NCBI GenBank assembly: GCA_031554215.1 | Contig: JAVBKF010000119.1 | Coordinates: forward strand, 32,612-96,611 | Length of the DNA stretch: 64,000 nucleotides | Origin: Bacillales bacterium | GTDB taxonomy: Bacteria > Bacillota > Bacilli > JARBTR01 | Reading direction: 5' to 3' | The notes under the pieces: model-generated | Told to the model about the DNA's origin: nothing | The model's database searches: none | Seen by the model: the letters and a program-made list of their open reading frames with translations, nothing else | Shown here: piece after piece, positions 38,263 through 49,828 of the stretch | Layout: every line of letters begins with the position of its first letter | Position numbering within the stretch: the first letter of the stretch is position 1 | Made by a program: the position numbers and the translations under genes

Positions 38263-41130
38263 ATGGCAATGGATAAAATCGTAGTCAAGGGTGCACGTGC
38301 CCATAATTTGAAAGATATAGATGTGACGATCCCGAGAGATAAATTGGTTGTGCTAACGGGTCTTTCTGGTTCGGGGAAATCGTCATTAGCATTTGATACA
38401 ATTTATGCAGAAGGCCAAAGGCGGTATGTGGAGTCACTATCGGCTTATGCTCGTCAGTTCTTAGGACAGATGGATAAGCCAGATGTCGATACAATCGAAG
38501 GGTTGTCGCCAGCGATTTCAATTGATCAAAAGACCACTAGTCGTAATCCGCGTTCAACCGTTGGAACGGTTACGGAGATTTATGATTATTTGCGATTAAT
38601 GTATGCGCGGGTTGGACGCCCAATTTGCCCTACTCACAAAATTGAGATTACATCACAAACAGTGGAGCAGATGGTTGACCGGATATTAGAACATCCAGAA
38701 GGAACAAAAATGCAAATCCTTGCACCAATTGTTTCTGGCCGAAAGGGAACGCATGTAAAAGCTTTGGAAGATGTTAAACGCCAAGGCTATGTACGCGTGC
38801 GCATAAACGGTGAAACGATTGGGCTTGATGACGATATTCAATTAGAAAAAAATAAAAAGCACAACATTGAGGTAGTCATTGACCGTATTGTTGTCAAAGA
38901 TGGCATTGCAGCTCGCCTTTCTGATTCACTAGAGGCGGCACTACGTTTGGCGGATGGCATGGTGCTCGTCGATGTGATTGATCAGCAGGAAATCCTATTT
39001 AGTGAACACCATGCCTGTCCGTACTGTGGGTTTTCAATTGGAGAACTAGAGCCAAAGTTATTTTCATTTAATAGTCCGTTTGGTGCCTGTACAACATGTG
39101 ATGGTCTGGGTATGAAGCAGATGGTTGATCCAGATTTGGTGATACCAGACAAAAGTCTCAGCTTGAGGCAAAATGCGATTGCGCCGTGGGATTCGCCAAC
39201 AAGTACGTACTACCCGCAATTACTGGAAGCTGTTTGTGACCACTTTAAAATAGACATGGACACTCCTGTTGGAGAGCTTCCTAAGGAACAATTTGAGATC
39301 ATTCTCGGTGGTTCCAAAGGTGAGAAATTTCCTTTTCGTTATGTCAATGAATTTGGTTTCACGCGCGACTCGGAAACAAAATTTTCAGGTGTCATACCGA
39401 ACATCGAACGCCGTTACCGGGAAACTTCATCAGAGTATGTCCGTGAGTCAACAGAGCGCTATATGGCGCAAGTGCCATGCCCTACTTGTAAAGGACATCG
39501 TTTGAAAAAGGAAGCACTAGCTGTCCAAATTAACGGAAAGCATATTAGTGAAATCACTTCCTATTCTGTTACAGAAGCAATGGATTTTGTTGGCGGACTT
39601 GATTTAACTGATAAAGAGAGACAGATTGCTCGGCTTGTACTGCGGGAAATTGAAGAGCGTTTAGGATTTCTCATCAATGTTGGGTTAGATTATTTAACCT
39701 TGTCCCGAGCGGCGGGTACGCTTTCAGGCGGAGAGGCACAACGTATTAGACTGGCAACCCAAATCGGATCTCGTCTAACAGGCGTACTGTATATACTTGA
39801 CGAGCCTTCGATTGGCCTTCATCAGCGTGATAATGAGCGCTTGATTGAGACGCTAAAAAGCATGCGTGATATTGGCAATACCTTGATTGTTGTAGAGCAT
39901 GATGAAGATACGATGCTCGCGGCAGACTATTTACTGGACATTGGTCCTGGTGCGGGAGTTCATGGTGGTGAAATCGTTTCGATTGGTACACCAGAGGAAG
40001 TAATGAACGATCCAAAATCCCTCACAGGTGATTATCTTTCAGGTAAAAGATTTATTCCATTACCACTTAAGCGCCGAAAGGGCGATGGTCGTGTCATTGA
40101 AATTATCGGAGCCAAAGAAAATAATCTCAAAGATGTCTCTGTCTCGATTCCGTTAGGAACTTTTGCCGCAGTTACCGGTGTTTCTGGCTCGGGGAAGAGT
40201 ACGCTCATTAATGAAATTCTCCACAAGTCACTCGCGCAGAAAATTAATCGAGCGAAGGCGAAGCCAGGAGAACATAAGGAAATCCGTGGGGTTGAGCAGT
40301 TAGAAAAAGTGATTGATATTGACCAATCACCAATCGGGCGGACACCAAGATCAAACCCAGCGACCTATACGGGTGTTTTTGATGATATTAGGGATGTCTT
40401 TGCAATGACAAATGAGGCCAAAGTACGCGGTTATAAGAAAGGCCGCTTTAGCTTCAATGTCAAAGGTGGTCGTTGTGAAGCCTGTAACGGTGATGGCATT
40501 ATCAAGATTGAAATGCATTTTCTTCCAGATGTTTATGTTCCATGTGAAGTTTGTCGTGGTAAACGTTACAATCGTGAGACACTTGAAGTGCTTTATAAAG
40601 GGAAGAATATTTCTGACGTATTGCAGATGACCGTGGAAGATGCGATAAGCTACTTCGAGCATATACCGAAAATCCAACGTAAAATGACAACTTTGTTTGA
40701 TGTTGGACTGGGGTACATTACCCTAGGGCAACCAGCAACAACACTTTCTGGCGGAGAAGCACAGCGTGTGAAACTAGCATCAGAATTGCATCGTCGATCG
40801 AACGGGAAGAGTTTCTACATTTTGGATGAGCCAACAACAGGGCTACATGTCCATGATATCGCTCGCCTCCTCGAAGTGTTGCAACGCTTAGTGGAAAATG
40901 GTGATACTGTGCTCGTTATCGAACATAATTTAGACGTAATTAAAACGGCTGATTATGTGATTGATCTTGGTCCTGAAGGTGGCCATAAAGGTGGCCAGAT
41001 TATTGCGACTGGTACGCCGGAAGATGTGGCAGAAGCGAAAGCAACCTATACCGGTAAGTACTTAAAACCGATACTGGCAAGAGAACGATCACGAATGGCT
41101 GAAGCTGGTAGTCAACTGGAGACCGTTTAG
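38263..41130 (+). CDS. uvrA: excinuclease ABC subunit A
   Basis: 955 aa with two ABC ATPase modules, zinc-finger CxxC motifs, and signatures [12 protein letters not shown] and [12 protein letters not shown]. Confidence 0.95.
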   Translation: MAMDKIVVKGARAHNLKDIDVTIPRDKLVVLTGLSGSGKSSLAFDTIYAEGQRRYVESLSAYARQFLGQMDKPDVDTIEGLSPAISIDQKTTSRNPRSTVGTVTEIYDYLRLMYARVGRPICPTHKIEITSQTVEQMVDRILEHPEGTKMQILAPIVSGRKGTHVKALEDVKRQGYVRVRINGETIGLDDDIQLEKNKKHNIEVVIDRIVVKDGIAARLSDSLEAALRLADGMVLVDVIDQQEILFSEHHACPYCGFSIGELEPKLFSFNSPFGACTTCDGLGMKQMVDPDLVIPDKSLSLRQNAIAPWDSPTSTYYPQLLEAVCDHFKIDMDTPVGELPKEQFEIILGGSKGEKFPFRYVNEFGFTRDSETKFSGVIPNIERRYRETSSEYVRESTERYMAQVPCPTCKGHRLKKEALAVQINGKHISEITSYSVTEAMDFVGGLDLTDKERQIARLVLREIEERLGFLINVGLDYLTLSRAAGTLSGGEAQRIRLATQIGSRLTGVLYILDEPSIGLHQRDNERLIETLKSMRDIGNTLIVVEHDEDTMLAADYLLDIGPGAGVHGGEIVSIGTPEEVMNDPKSLTGDYLSGKRFIPLPLKRRKGDGRVIEIIGAKENNLKDVSVSIPLGTFAAVTGVSGSGKSTLINEILHKSLAQKINRAKAKPGEHKEIRGVEQLEKVIDIDQSPIGRTPRSNPATYTGVFDDIRDVFAMTNEAKVRGYKKGRFSFNVKGGRCEACNGDGIIKIEMHFLPDVYVPCEVCRGKRYNRETLEVLYKGKNISDVLQMTVEDAISYFEHIPKIQRKMTTLFDVGLGYITLGQPATTLSGGEAQRVKLASELHRRSNGKSFYILDEPTTGLHVHDIARLLEVLQRLVENGDTVLVIEHNLDVIKTADYVIDLGPEGGHKGGQIIATGTPEDVAEAKATYTGKYLKPILARERSRMAEAGSQLETV

Positions 41131-41235
41131 ACCACGCTGCCAGTACAATTCACCTCACCGCATTATCTGCCTGTTGATGCCTATAAGAGCTGTTTCATGA
41201 AAAATTAAGAACCAGTCTTATAGGCCGTTCATAGG

Positions 41236-41622
41236 ATGCTAATAGTGGATTGTGAGGTGAAAAATTTGATTAACTGGTTTATCAAGTTTTTACTTTTTGG
41301 GCTTTTCTTCATCGGTGTTGATAAGACCGATATTTTTAAAGATTTCATGGTTTCGAGTACGGCTTGGGCGTTTGTTGTAGCAGCAGTCGTAAGCATCATT
41401 GGCTTAGGACTGAAGTACACAATGACTACGCTGATGATTCCAATGCGAAACTGGACGTATTGGCTTTTTGGGGCGGCCTTTAATACAATCGTATTGGCAC
41501 TGACAGACGGTGTTATTGGTGCTGACTTTAAAGCCGGAACCGTGTGGCATCTAATTGCCATTTCATTGATTTTGTCACTAGGTAGCATGCTGGTTGATAA
41601 GGTCCTTAGCTTTAAAAAATAG
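41236..41622 (+). CDS. small four-TM membrane protein (possibly phage-holin-4_2 / YvlD-like superfamily)
   Basis: 128 aa, all hydrophobic helices, followed by a strong terminator. The start is uncertain (alternative GTG at VKNLINW). Confidence 0.45.
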   Translation: MLIVDCEVKNLINWFIKFLLFGLFFIGVDKTDIFKDFMVSSTAWAFVVAAVVSIIGLGLKYTMTTLMIPMRNWTYWLFGAAFNTIVLALTDGVIGADFKAGTVWHLIAISLILSLGSMLVDKVLSFKK

Positions 41623-41661
41623 TGAGGTAAGTCATAATAGTGGTGTTTTGTTCCATCGGAC

Positions 41662-41703
41662 AAAAACTGCCTTAGGATATTCCGTTCTTGGGCAGTTTTT
41701 TTG
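41662..41703 (+). terminator. rho-independent terminator
   Basis: AAAACTGCC...GGCAGTTTTTTTG. Confidence 0.8.
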
Positions 41704-41788
41704 ATTGTTCTGGAAAATGAAGATAACCCGACAGTATTTTTGTTTACTTCGTTTCTGTGTGTTACAGTAATCCTAACAACTTGCCTAG

Positions 41789-42388
41789 GTGTATGCGCAA
41801 GTGGTAGCGATGAAGGGGGAGAAGAGGTTGATTGCACAGTTTCAACCATTTCCAGAATTGGTGACTAAGAGGCTAAGATTACGACAGTTAATCAATCAAG
41901 ACGCACCTGAACAATTTCTTTGCCGGAATGATGAAGAAATGATTCGATTGATCAACACCCGAAGACTAGACAACACAAACGAGGCTATAACATTGATTCA
42001 CTCCCTAAATCAAGGCATTGCAGAGAACCGATGGATCGTTTGGGTGCTGATGTTGCAAACGGATTGTGATCATCGTTTCATGGGGAGCATTTGTCTTTGG
42101 AATTTTTCCACCGAGGACCAAACTGCTGAACTTGGATATGGAATATTGCCTCCGTATCAGGGGCAGGGGTACATGGATGAGGCAGTTAAGGCTGTGCTTC
42201 AATACGGATTTCATCAGATGGATCTAGCAAGCATTACTGCAATTACAGAAGCAACTAATCAATCATCGCTAGCACTGCTTAGTCGGAATCGTTTCATAGA
42301 GGTTGAGGATTTCCTGAGAATCGATCGGAATTTTAGAGGGGACGAGCTGAGGATGAAGCAATTTTCTCTTAAGAGGGGAAACCTGTGA
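41789..42388 (+). CDS. GNAT-family N-acetyltransferase (RimJ/RimL-like)
   Basis: GNAT fold with N-terminal RLRLRQL motif and acetyl-CoA binding region (QGQGYMDEAVKAVL). The start is uncertain; an alternative TTG at 41828 has a GGGGGAG RBS. Confidence 0.65.
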   Translation: MYAQVVAMKGEKRLIAQFQPFPELVTKRLRLRQLINQDAPEQFLCRNDEEMIRLINTRRLDNTNEAITLIHSLNQGIAENRWIVWVLMLQTDCDHRFMGSICLWNFSTEDQTAELGYGILPPYQGQGYMDEAVKAVLQYGFHQMDLASITAITEATNQSSLALLSRNRFIEVEDFLRIDRNFRGDELRMKQFSLKRGNL

Positions 42389-42555
42389 TGTGAGGGTGTG
42401 TTCACTGCATGTATTCACTTTTCCAAACACCGATTGAGTAGCGTTTACCCATCCAAAAACAAACAAAGTGTAGTACGCTCCAAAAAGCTAGTTCAAAGCA
42501 TTGATCATTTGGAGGCATACTATACTGAGGTGTTTTTTCATTATGAAGCTGTAGG

Positions 42556-43626
42556 TTACTTTGCCGTTGCTTCGATTTCTTGTAGTATCGTTCGCAATGC
42601 ATCACGTCCCTGTGCAAGCGCCATTCTGCTTTTCATTTCAACAGACTGCTGTACCAGTTCTGTGAGTGATTCCAAAAAGGATTTCTCAGTAATGGATTCT
42701 TCATCAAGTGTTAATGCTAGCCCTTTTGTTGTGAAATTTTGTGCATTCAAAATCTGATCGCCGCGGCTTTGTGCTTTGGGTAATGGGATAATCAGCATCG
42801 GTATTTTCAGTGCAAGAAACTCGAAAATCGCATTAGATCCACCGCGTGTGACAACAAAGTCTGTCGCAGCTAAGATATCCGCAAGCGATTCGTCAACATA
42901 CTCGAATTGCTGATAGCCATCTTTGTTCGTAAGCGAGTTGTCTAGATTACCTTTTCCACAAATATGGACGATTTGAAAGCTGTTAGTGAGCGTGGGTAGT
43001 GTTTCGCGGACAACTTCATTGATTTTTCTTGCACCCAGGCTGCCGCCCATTACAGTAAAGACAGGCTTTTCGGGTGTAAATGCCAATAATGCTAGACCAT
43101 TCTCCTTTGAACCATTCAATATGTCTTTGCGTAAAGGTGAGCCGATTGCTTTTGTTTTATTTGCTGGCAAGTATTTCACCGTCTCAGCGAAGGATGTAAA
43201 AATTTTTGTTGCAAACCTTTGTGAAATTTTATTAGCAAGTCCTGGGGTTAAATCACTTTCATGAATATAGCTGGGAATCCCTAATGATTTTGCCGCTAGA
43301 ATGACTGGAACGGAAACAAATCCACCCTTTGAAAATACGAGTGTCGGCTTTATTTTCTTTAGCGTCGACCTGGCGCCAAAAATACCGCCTACTGTGCGGA
43401 AAGCATCTTTGATATTTTCAAAATCAATGTACCTTCTTAGTTTCCCGCTAGCAATTGGATGATAGGGAATATTAATTTTCTCAATCAATTCACGCTCAAT
43501 CCCAGATTTAGAGCCAATGTAGTGGATCTCCCATTGCGCCCGATCTAACTGATCAATAATTGCAATATTCGGGGTGACGTGTCCGCCAGTTCCCCCGCCT
43601 GTGAAAACAATTTTATGCTTGCTCAT
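42556..43626 (-). CDS. MurG-family (GT28) undecaprenyl-PP-MurNAc-pentapeptide N-acetylglucosaminyltransferase-like glycosyltransferase
   Basis: N-terminus KIVFTGGGTGGHVTPNIAI (MurG G-loop) and C-terminal UDP-sugar-binding GT-B domain. GGAGG RBS is present. It lies outside any dcw cluster. Confidence 0.7.
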   Translation of the reverse strand: MSKHKIVFTGGGTGGHVTPNIAIIDQLDRAQWEIHYIGSKSGIERELIEKINIPYHPIASGKLRRYIDFENIKDAFRTVGGIFGARSTLKKIKPTLVFSKGGFVSVPVILAAKSLGIPSYIHESDLTPGLANKISQRFATKIFTSFAETVKYLPANKTKAIGSPLRKDILNGSKENGLALLAFTPEKPVFTVMGGSLGARKINEVVRETLPTLTNSFQIVHICGKGNLDNSLTNKDGYQQFEYVDESLADILAATDFVVTRGGSNAIFEFLALKIPMLIIPLPKAQSRGDQILNAQNFTTKGLALTLDEESITEKSFLESLTELVQQSVEMKSRMALAQGRDALRTILQEIEATAK

Positions 43627-44171
43627 ATTTCCTCCAAACAGCTATTTTCCCTAGCGATAAGGTCACCCTCGGGGGTTATTTGCGCTGAATATTTTATCAT
43701 TTATTCAAGTTCTTTATACAATTCAATCTAGTGGTTGATCCGCCAGTTGCTTCCATGTTTCTAATGACTAAACTGCAACGAATGGTAACAGTACAGGCAA
43801 CAAACCGTGCGAAATGTAATGTCATTATAGCAGATTAAGCAATTGACGACATCTTTTTCTACACATGCGTCAAATTTAATGCCGATCGTACCAACATACA
43901 AGAAAACACATTTGGCAAAAATTCATTTCCCGCTCTGTATGCTGGTTTTGTCATTTCACAAAGGGAGAACTGGTTCGTTTAAAAAGCAATTTAAGTATCT
44001 GCATGTAGTTTCTTGATTAGCGCCGTCTAATCATGATCATAGAAGGGGTTCTGTTGCATTGTCTAAGGAGGGCACTGTCATATTCTTAATAGGAACACTT
44101 CATTTAATCACCTTGTTGCTTTAACATTAAAACGGCGCTTATCATGTGGCTTGATCACGGCAATGCTCAGT

Positions 44172-44200
44172 TTGACATGGTTGCTGAATTTCGTTAGAAT
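44172..44200 (+). promoter_or_regulatory. candidate sigma-A promoter (TTGACA, 17-nt spacer, TAGAAT) for the ydeI-like gene
   Basis: Both hexamers read directly from the sequence. They lie about 105 nt upstream of the ATG at 44306. Confidence 0.5.
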
Positions 44201-44305
44201 GTACTCTCGATGAAGCGTGGAATTTCAAAAGGATTCCTGCATGGAACTATTCAAAAAAGTAGTACACTATATGATCAATAGGAATAATGAAGGGAAGTGT
44301 TCTTG

Positions 44306-44899
44306 ATGGCAGATGTTCAATTGAACCCTAAGGTTGATGCGTATATTGCTAGATCAAAGAAATGGCCGACAGAATATGAGCGGCTGAGAACAATCGTACT
44401 TGATTGCAAGTTGACCGAAGAATTAAAATGGGGCGTACCTTGTTACACGTACCAAGGTAAGAATGTCGTGCTGATTCATGGCTTTAAAGAGTACTGTGCT
44501 ATTCTATTTCACAAAGGGGCGCTTTTAAAAGATACGCATAATCTGCTTGTGCAACAAACGGAGAATGTTAAAGCTGCTAGGCAACTTCGGTTTGCCAGTA
44601 TTGAAGAATTAGTTGCCAATGAAATGATTGTGAAGGCTTATATCTTCGAGGCGATTGAACTTGAAAAAGCCGGTGCAAAAGTAGAGAAATCAAAGCCTGC
44701 TGAGATTGTATTGCCAGAAGAATTACTGGAAAAGTTTGCAGAAGCGCCTGAAGTGAAAACGGCATTTGAAGCGCTGACCCCTGGGCGACAAAGGGGCTAT
44801 ATATTGCTTTTTTCCGCGCCTAAGCAATCAAAGACGAGAATGGCAAGGATTGAAAAAGCCATTCCGCAAATTCTTGCTGGTAAGGGACCGAATGATTAA
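44306..44899 (+). CDS. YdeI/OmpD-associated family protein (DUF1801-containing)
   Basis: N-terminal DUF1801-like region (KVDAYIARSKKWPTEYERLRTIVLD...ELKWGVPCYTY.GKNVV) and the YdeI C-terminal motif (TPGRQRGYILLFS.PKQSKTR). Confidence 0.7.
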   Translation: MADVQLNPKVDAYIARSKKWPTEYERLRTIVLDCKLTEELKWGVPCYTYQGKNVVLIHGFKEYCAILFHKGALLKDTHNLLVQQTENVKAARQLRFASIEELVANEMIVKAYIFEAIELEKAGAKVEKSKPAEIVLPEELLEKFAEAPEVKTAFEALTPGRQRGYILLFSAPKQSKTRMARIEKAIPQILAGKGPND

Positions 44900-45269
44900 T
44901 CTAACGTACAAACAAATAAACACTCACCTGAAATGAGGTGATTCAACTGAGTCGCTCATTTCTAGTGGTGGATCCAAATAAACGCTCGTTAAACGAGGCC
45001 GAGGCATGTTGCAGATGGAATTCTGTATATATGCCTTTTTTTTTGAACGCTGCTTCTGCTCTCTAGAAGAGTTAATCGCATAGGAATCAGGTGTGATTTT
45101 GTGACGAAATGTATGGGTGTGCAAGTGATATTTTCTGATGGAAAACATTGATAGAACATTCAATGAAGATTACTAAGTGACTTAGCCTGTAGAAATTTGC
45201 TATACTAGCTATTATTCGTATAGGGACTTTTGTCATATGAAAAGCCCAAAGTAAAGTGAGGCAATTGGT

Positions 45270-46826
45270 ATGAGTGTTTTAAATGTAGAGAATTTAAGTC
45301 ATGGTTTTGGAGACCGTGCTATTTTTAACAATGTTTCCTTCCGTTTGTTAAAAGGGGAGCATGTTGGTTTGATTGGGGCAAATGGCGAGGGAAAGTCTAC
45401 CTTCATGGATATTGTCACTGGTAAACTGCAGCCTGATGAAGGAAAGATTGCTTGGTCACGAAAGGTTCGTGTTGGTTATTTGGATCAGCATGCAGTTCTT
45501 GGGAAAGGGCAGTCGATTCGTGATGTGCTGAGTACGGCTTTCACATATCTATATGAAGCTGAGACCGAAATTGGTGAGCTCTATATGAAAATGGGTGATG
45601 CCACGCCTGAAGTGCTGGAGAAATTATTGGCAGATGTCGGTGAGTTGCAGGAAATATTGGATCATAACGATTTCTACCAAATCAATTCAAAGGTTGAGGA
45701 AGTTGGTCGTGGGCTCGGGTTACATGAAGTCGGGTTTGACCGGAATGTTGAGGAACTCAGTGGTGGACAGCGGTCTAAGGTGTTACTTGCAAAGCTGCTA
45801 CTTGAGAAGCCTGAAATTCTGATGCTGGATGAGCCGACGAACTATCTGGATGAACAGCATATTGAGTGGTTGAAACGGTTCTTGCAGGAGTATGACAATG
45901 CCTTTATTCTCATCTCACATGATATTCCTTTCCTCAATAGTGTGATTAATTTGATCTATCATATGGAGAATCAAGATTTAACGCGTTATGTTGGGGATCA
46001 TGATAACTTTCTGAATTCATATGAGATGAAGAAGCAACAGATGGAGTCTGCATTTAAAAGACAGCAACAAGAAATTGCTAGCTTAAAGGATTTTGTTGCT
46101 CGGAATAAGGCGAGTGTTGCAACGCGGAATATGGCGATGTCGCGCCAGAAGAAACTCGATAAGATGGAGGTCATTGAACTTGCGAAGGAGAAACCAAAAC
46201 CCTCGTTCCAGTTTAAGGAGGCACGGACACCGAGTCGCTGGATTTTTGAAACAAAGGAGATTGTGGTTGGCTATAATGAGCCGCTGTCAAGACCGCTTGA
46301 TCTGAAGATGGAGCGTGGGCAAAAAATTGCCTTTGTTGGCGCAAATGGTATTGGAAAAACGACACTTTTGCGTAGTATTCTTGGCGAAATCAAACCGATC
46401 TCAGGGCAGGTTGAACGTGGTGATAATCTGCACATAGGTTATTTTGAACAGGAAGTGAAAGGGGCGAATCGGAACACTTGTTTAGAGGAAATTTGGAATA
46501 CGTTCCCGTCACTGACGCAGGCAGAAGTTCGTTCGGCTTTGGCGCGATGTGGTTTAACAACGAAGCATATTGAAAGTAAGGTTGATGTGCTCAGTGGTGG
46601 TGAGAAGGCAAAGGTACGGCTTTGTAAACTGCTCAATATTGAGACGAATTTACTGGTGCTCGATGAGCCGACAAACCATCTGGATGTCGATGCAAAGGAA
46701 GAGTTAAAGCGGGCACTGAAGGCTTATCGCGGCAGTGTTTTGCTGATTTCACATGAACCAGAATTTTATCGTGATGTTGTGCAGGAAGTTTGGAATTGTG
46801 AGGACTGGACAACGAAGCTGTTTTAA
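45270..46826 (+). CDS. ABC-F family ATPase (two tandem ABC domains, no TM domain)
   Basis: Two Walker A motifs (GANGEGKST, GANGIGKTT), two signature motifs (LSGGQRSKVLLA, LSGGEKAKVRL) and an inter-domain linker. Confidence 0.85.
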   Translation: MSVLNVENLSHGFGDRAIFNNVSFRLLKGEHVGLIGANGEGKSTFMDIVTGKLQPDEGKIAWSRKVRVGYLDQHAVLGKGQSIRDVLSTAFTYLYEAETEIGELYMKMGDATPEVLEKLLADVGELQEILDHNDFYQINSKVEEVGRGLGLHEVGFDRNVEELSGGQRSKVLLAKLLLEKPEILMLDEPTNYLDEQHIEWLKRFLQEYDNAFILISHDIPFLNSVINLIYHMENQDLTRYVGDHDNFLNSYEMKKQQMESAFKRQQQEIASLKDFVARNKASVATRNMAMSRQKKLDKMEVIELAKEKPKPSFQFKEARTPSRWIFETKEIVVGYNEPLSRPLDLKMERGQKIAFVGANGIGKTTLLRSILGEIKPISGQVERGDNLHIGYFEQEVKGANRNTCLEEIWNTFPSLTQAEVRSALARCGLTTKHIESKVDVLSGGEKAKVRLCKLLNIETNLLVLDEPTNHLDVDAKEELKRALKAYRGSVLLISHEPEFYRDVVQEVWNCEDWTTKLF

Positions 46827-46914
46827 ATCAGGTTTGTTGCCGATAAGCGCGTAGATGTTTTCATTGCTGATAACAGTGGTATCCTATTGTTCAAACAAAT
46901 GGGGGGTGTGGGTG

Positions 46915-47796
46915 ATGATTCTGCAGAGGTTAGCGCAGACTGATCTGGCGTTGTTTTTGGATTTTTGCAAACGTTACCGAGATATGGTCGATGATTCTTA
47001 TCTGACAGATGATGAATTGGCACTGTTTGTCGTGGACATGGTGAAATTTCCTACGGTTATTGTTAAGGATGGTTTAGCAATTGTAGCGGCAGCGTCACTG
47101 ATTGTTGATGCTGAAAATCGTGTGGCGAGGTTTCGGATTTTCCACTCAGAAGCCTCTGAAGACTCACTTTATCGTGAAATGTTGGAAGCAGTTCTAGCTG
47201 GATGTGCAGTGGATGCTGTGTCGATTTATGGCGATCATGATCGCGTAGATTTCTTTATGCGATTGGCACGGTTACAATTTGAGTTCGAGCGGTTCATCTT
47301 TGTAATGAGGCGTGAGATTGATGGCAGTCAGGTTCCTGTGCGACTGCCGATAGGATACCGGTTGCGACCGATGCAGTTTGATCAGGATGAAGTGATTTAT
47401 CAGCAGGTACGAAATACAGCCTTTGCAGGTCTTGCCGGTAGCATGCCACTATCATTGGAAGCGGTAGCGCAGTTGCCAGATCAACATGAGCATCTAGACA
47501 ATGGGATTTTGTTACTTTGCCGAGAAATGGCGGTTGTTGGTCTTGTACGCGTGACGAAGTATGAGGAAGGTGGCAAAGTAACGACAGCGATTGAGCCGAT
47601 TTGTATTCTACCAGATTATCAAGGGCAGGGGCTTGGACGACATTTGCTTCGGGCTGGACTCAATATTTCTGCCGCCCATGGCATTTCTACTTGCACACTT
47701 TGTGTGAATGCAGACAACAAGCGGGCAGCACTGTTGTACGAACAAGAGGGATTTACCTTTGAACATATCGTGCAATGTTGGCGTTACGCTCCTTAA
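46915..47796 (+). CDS. two-domain GNAT-family acetyltransferase
   Basis: C-terminal GNAT motif (PDYQGQGLGRHLLRAGL). Start chosen after the GGGGGTG RBS. Confidence 0.6.
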   Translation: MILQRLAQTDLALFLDFCKRYRDMVDDSYLTDDELALFVVDMVKFPTVIVKDGLAIVAAASLIVDAENRVARFRIFHSEASEDSLYREMLEAVLAGCAVDAVSIYGDHDRVDFFMRLARLQFEFERFIFVMRREIDGSQVPVRLPIGYRLRPMQFDQDEVIYQQVRNTAFAGLAGSMPLSLEAVAQLPDQHEHLDNGILLLCREMAVVGLVRVTKYEEGGKVTTAIEPICILPDYQGQGLGRHLLRAGLNISAAHGISTCTLCVNADNKRAALLYEQEGFTFEHIVQCWRYAP

Positions 47797-48034
47797 ATGT
47801 TGGCTTGGCTGTTACTACAGAAAGTTTGTGTGGCCGCGGGTGTCAGTATTTTTTCGCTAGAATGCTAGAGATGCGAGACATATGATATGAATATCTGTAT
47901 ACTGCTAGTAGGAGATTTGGTTTGACTGTAGTTTAGATTCGGTTGTTTTGTACCAATCAATTGCGTTAGATTGTGATGAATTACGGTTATAGATAAATGA
48001 TTTTTTTATTAAATGAAATGATGAGGTGTGTGGA

Positions 48035-48880
48035 ATGGAATTACTTATGCTTGATCCGGTGGCATTTACGCTTGGACCATTGACAGTCTATTGGTATGGG
48101 CTGATTATTTCACTTGCAATTCTGATTGGCATGATGTGGGCAATTTATGAAGGGAAGAAACGCGGTATTGATCCTGATACATTTGTTGACATGTTGATTA
48201 TCATCATCCCTGTAGCCATCCTTTGTGCACGGCTTTATTATGTAATTTTCAGTTGGTCAAGCTATGCTGGGCATCCGGTAGATGCGTTTAAGATATGGGA
48301 AGGTGGTCTCGCGATTCATGGGGCACTTATCGGTGGTGTGATGACTGCATATCTATTGACACGGAAACAAAAGGTGCCATTTTGGCTTCTCGCAGACGTC
48401 GTTGCACCAAGTATCATGCTTGGACAAATCATGGGGCGTTGGGGTAATTTCTTCAACCAAGAAGCTTATGGTAGTGAGGTTTCAAAGAGTTTTCTAGAGA
48501 ATTTACATTTGCCTGACTTTATCATTAATCAGATGTATATCAATGGTGCTTATTATCATCCAACTTTCTTATATGAATCACTATGGAATGTAGTGGGTCT
48601 CGTACTTGTGCTACTCTATCGCCGAAGCAATCAACGCGTTGGTGAGTCATTCTTATTGTATGTGATTTGGTATTCTGTAGGTCGTTTCTTTATTGAGTCA
48701 CTTCGCACTGACTCGCTGATGTTCTTCGGTCTAAAAACAGCACAGTTAGTGTCGCTTGCGCTGATTATTGGTAGCGTGATTGTCTGGATTTACAGAAGAA
48801 AGATATCAACTGTCAGATACATGGATGTTCAATTGGTGCAAGGGACGAGCGAAATGGTTGAGGCAGAGAAAAAGGAGTAG
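48035..48880 (+). CDS. lgt: prolipoprotein diacylglyceryl transferase
   Basis: Lgt signature regions ([30 protein letters not shown]). Confidence 0.9.
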   Translation: MELLMLDPVAFTLGPLTVYWYGLIISLAILIGMMWAIYEGKKRGIDPDTFVDMLIIIIPVAILCARLYYVIFSWSSYAGHPVDAFKIWEGGLAIHGALIGGVMTAYLLTRKQKVPFWLLADVVAPSIMLGQIMGRWGNFFNQEAYGSEVSKSFLENLHLPDFIINQMYINGAYYHPTFLYESLWNVVGLVLVLLYRRSNQRVGESFLLYVIWYSVGRFFIESLRTDSLMFFGLKTAQLVSLALIIGSVIVWIYRRKISTVRYMDVQLVQGTSEMVEAEKKE

Positions 48881-48886
48881 GCAAGT

Positions 48887-49828
48887 ATGGCAATGGTGAG
48901 GCGTGGGCTTTCTCTTGGTCTGGCAACGACTTGGAAATTGGCGAAGATATTGTTCCCGATTACGCTGATCATAACCTTTTTGTCATACACAGCAGCGCTT
49001 GATTGGTTAATTGCGATTGTGACGCCTTTTATGAATTTGATTGGATTGCCAGGGGACGCAGCGATTCCGCTCGTCCTTGGCGCTACACTAAATATATATG
49101 CAGCTGTTGGTGCTGCACTTAGTTTATCGTTTACTGTGAAAGAAATGTTCATCATCGCTATGATGGTTTCGTTCTGCCATAACATTTTCGTTGAAACGGG
49201 TGTGGGGATGAAGCTTGGTGCAAAAGCTGCTGTGATTGTCAGTGTGAGACTTGGTCTTGCACTGACTTCTGCTGTTTTAATTAATTGGTTATGGTCTGGC
49301 GGGAAAGAGATGGCTGTTTCAGGTGGAAGCGCTTATATAGATGCTTCGGTCACTGGATTTTGGGAGATTCTTTCGGTCTCGGTTCAGAAAGCAGTCGGTA
49401 GTGATTTGCAGGTAATGAAAATTATTTTGCCACTGATGGTATTGATTCAGATCATGCGCGAGAAGAATTGGTTGCTAACATTTTCTGAATGGATGGCACC
49501 AGTAACACGTTTTTTGGGGCTTGAAAAAAAGCATTCATTAACACTCGTTTCTGGCATGTCGCTTGGGTTTGTGTACGGAGCAGGTATTATGCTCGATGCA
49601 GCAAAGGAAGACAAAGTGAATCATGAGGATATTACCAAGATTGTTGTCATCTTAATTGCCAGTCATGCGATGTTTGAGGATACCTTGATTTTCATTCCAC
49701 TTGGGATTCCGATTGTACCGTTGTTTAGCTTGAGAATGCTGACGGCAATGCTTGTTGCCTTTGTATATGCGAAAGTGATTGGGAGGAGAAATTTAGATGG
49801 TGAAAAAGATTACAACATTACTGTTTGA
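48887..49828 (+). CDS. yvoD: nucleoside-recognition (Gate) domain membrane protein, YvoD-like
   Basis: Polytopic membrane protein. Its position between lgt and ppaX matches B. subtilis lgt-yvoD-ppaX. AAGGAG RBS is present. Confidence 0.7.
   Translation: MAMVRRGLSLGLATTWKLAKILFPITLIITFLSYTAALDWLIAIVTPFMNLIGLPGDAAIPLVLGATLNIYAAVGAALSLSFTVKEMFIIAMMVSFCHNIFVETGVGMKLGAKAAVIVSVRLGLALTSAVLINWLWSGGKEMAVSGGSAYIDASVTGFWEILSVSVQKAVGSDLQVMKIILPLMVLIQIMREKNWLLTFSEWMAPVTRFLGLEKKHSLTLVSGMSLGFVYGAGIMLDAAKEDKVNHEDITKIVVILIASHAMFEDTLIFIPLGIPIVPLFSLRMLTAMLVAFVYAKVIGRRNLDGEKDYNITV

Noticed and set aside
41229-41849. 206-aa ORF on the minus strand spanning the four-TM membrane gene, its terminator and the GNAT promoter region
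   Set aside because: It is antisense to a well-supported membrane-protein gene and runs straight through a strong hairpin terminator. The translation is low-complexity (S/P/T-rich) with no RBS. I judge it a spurious long ORF.
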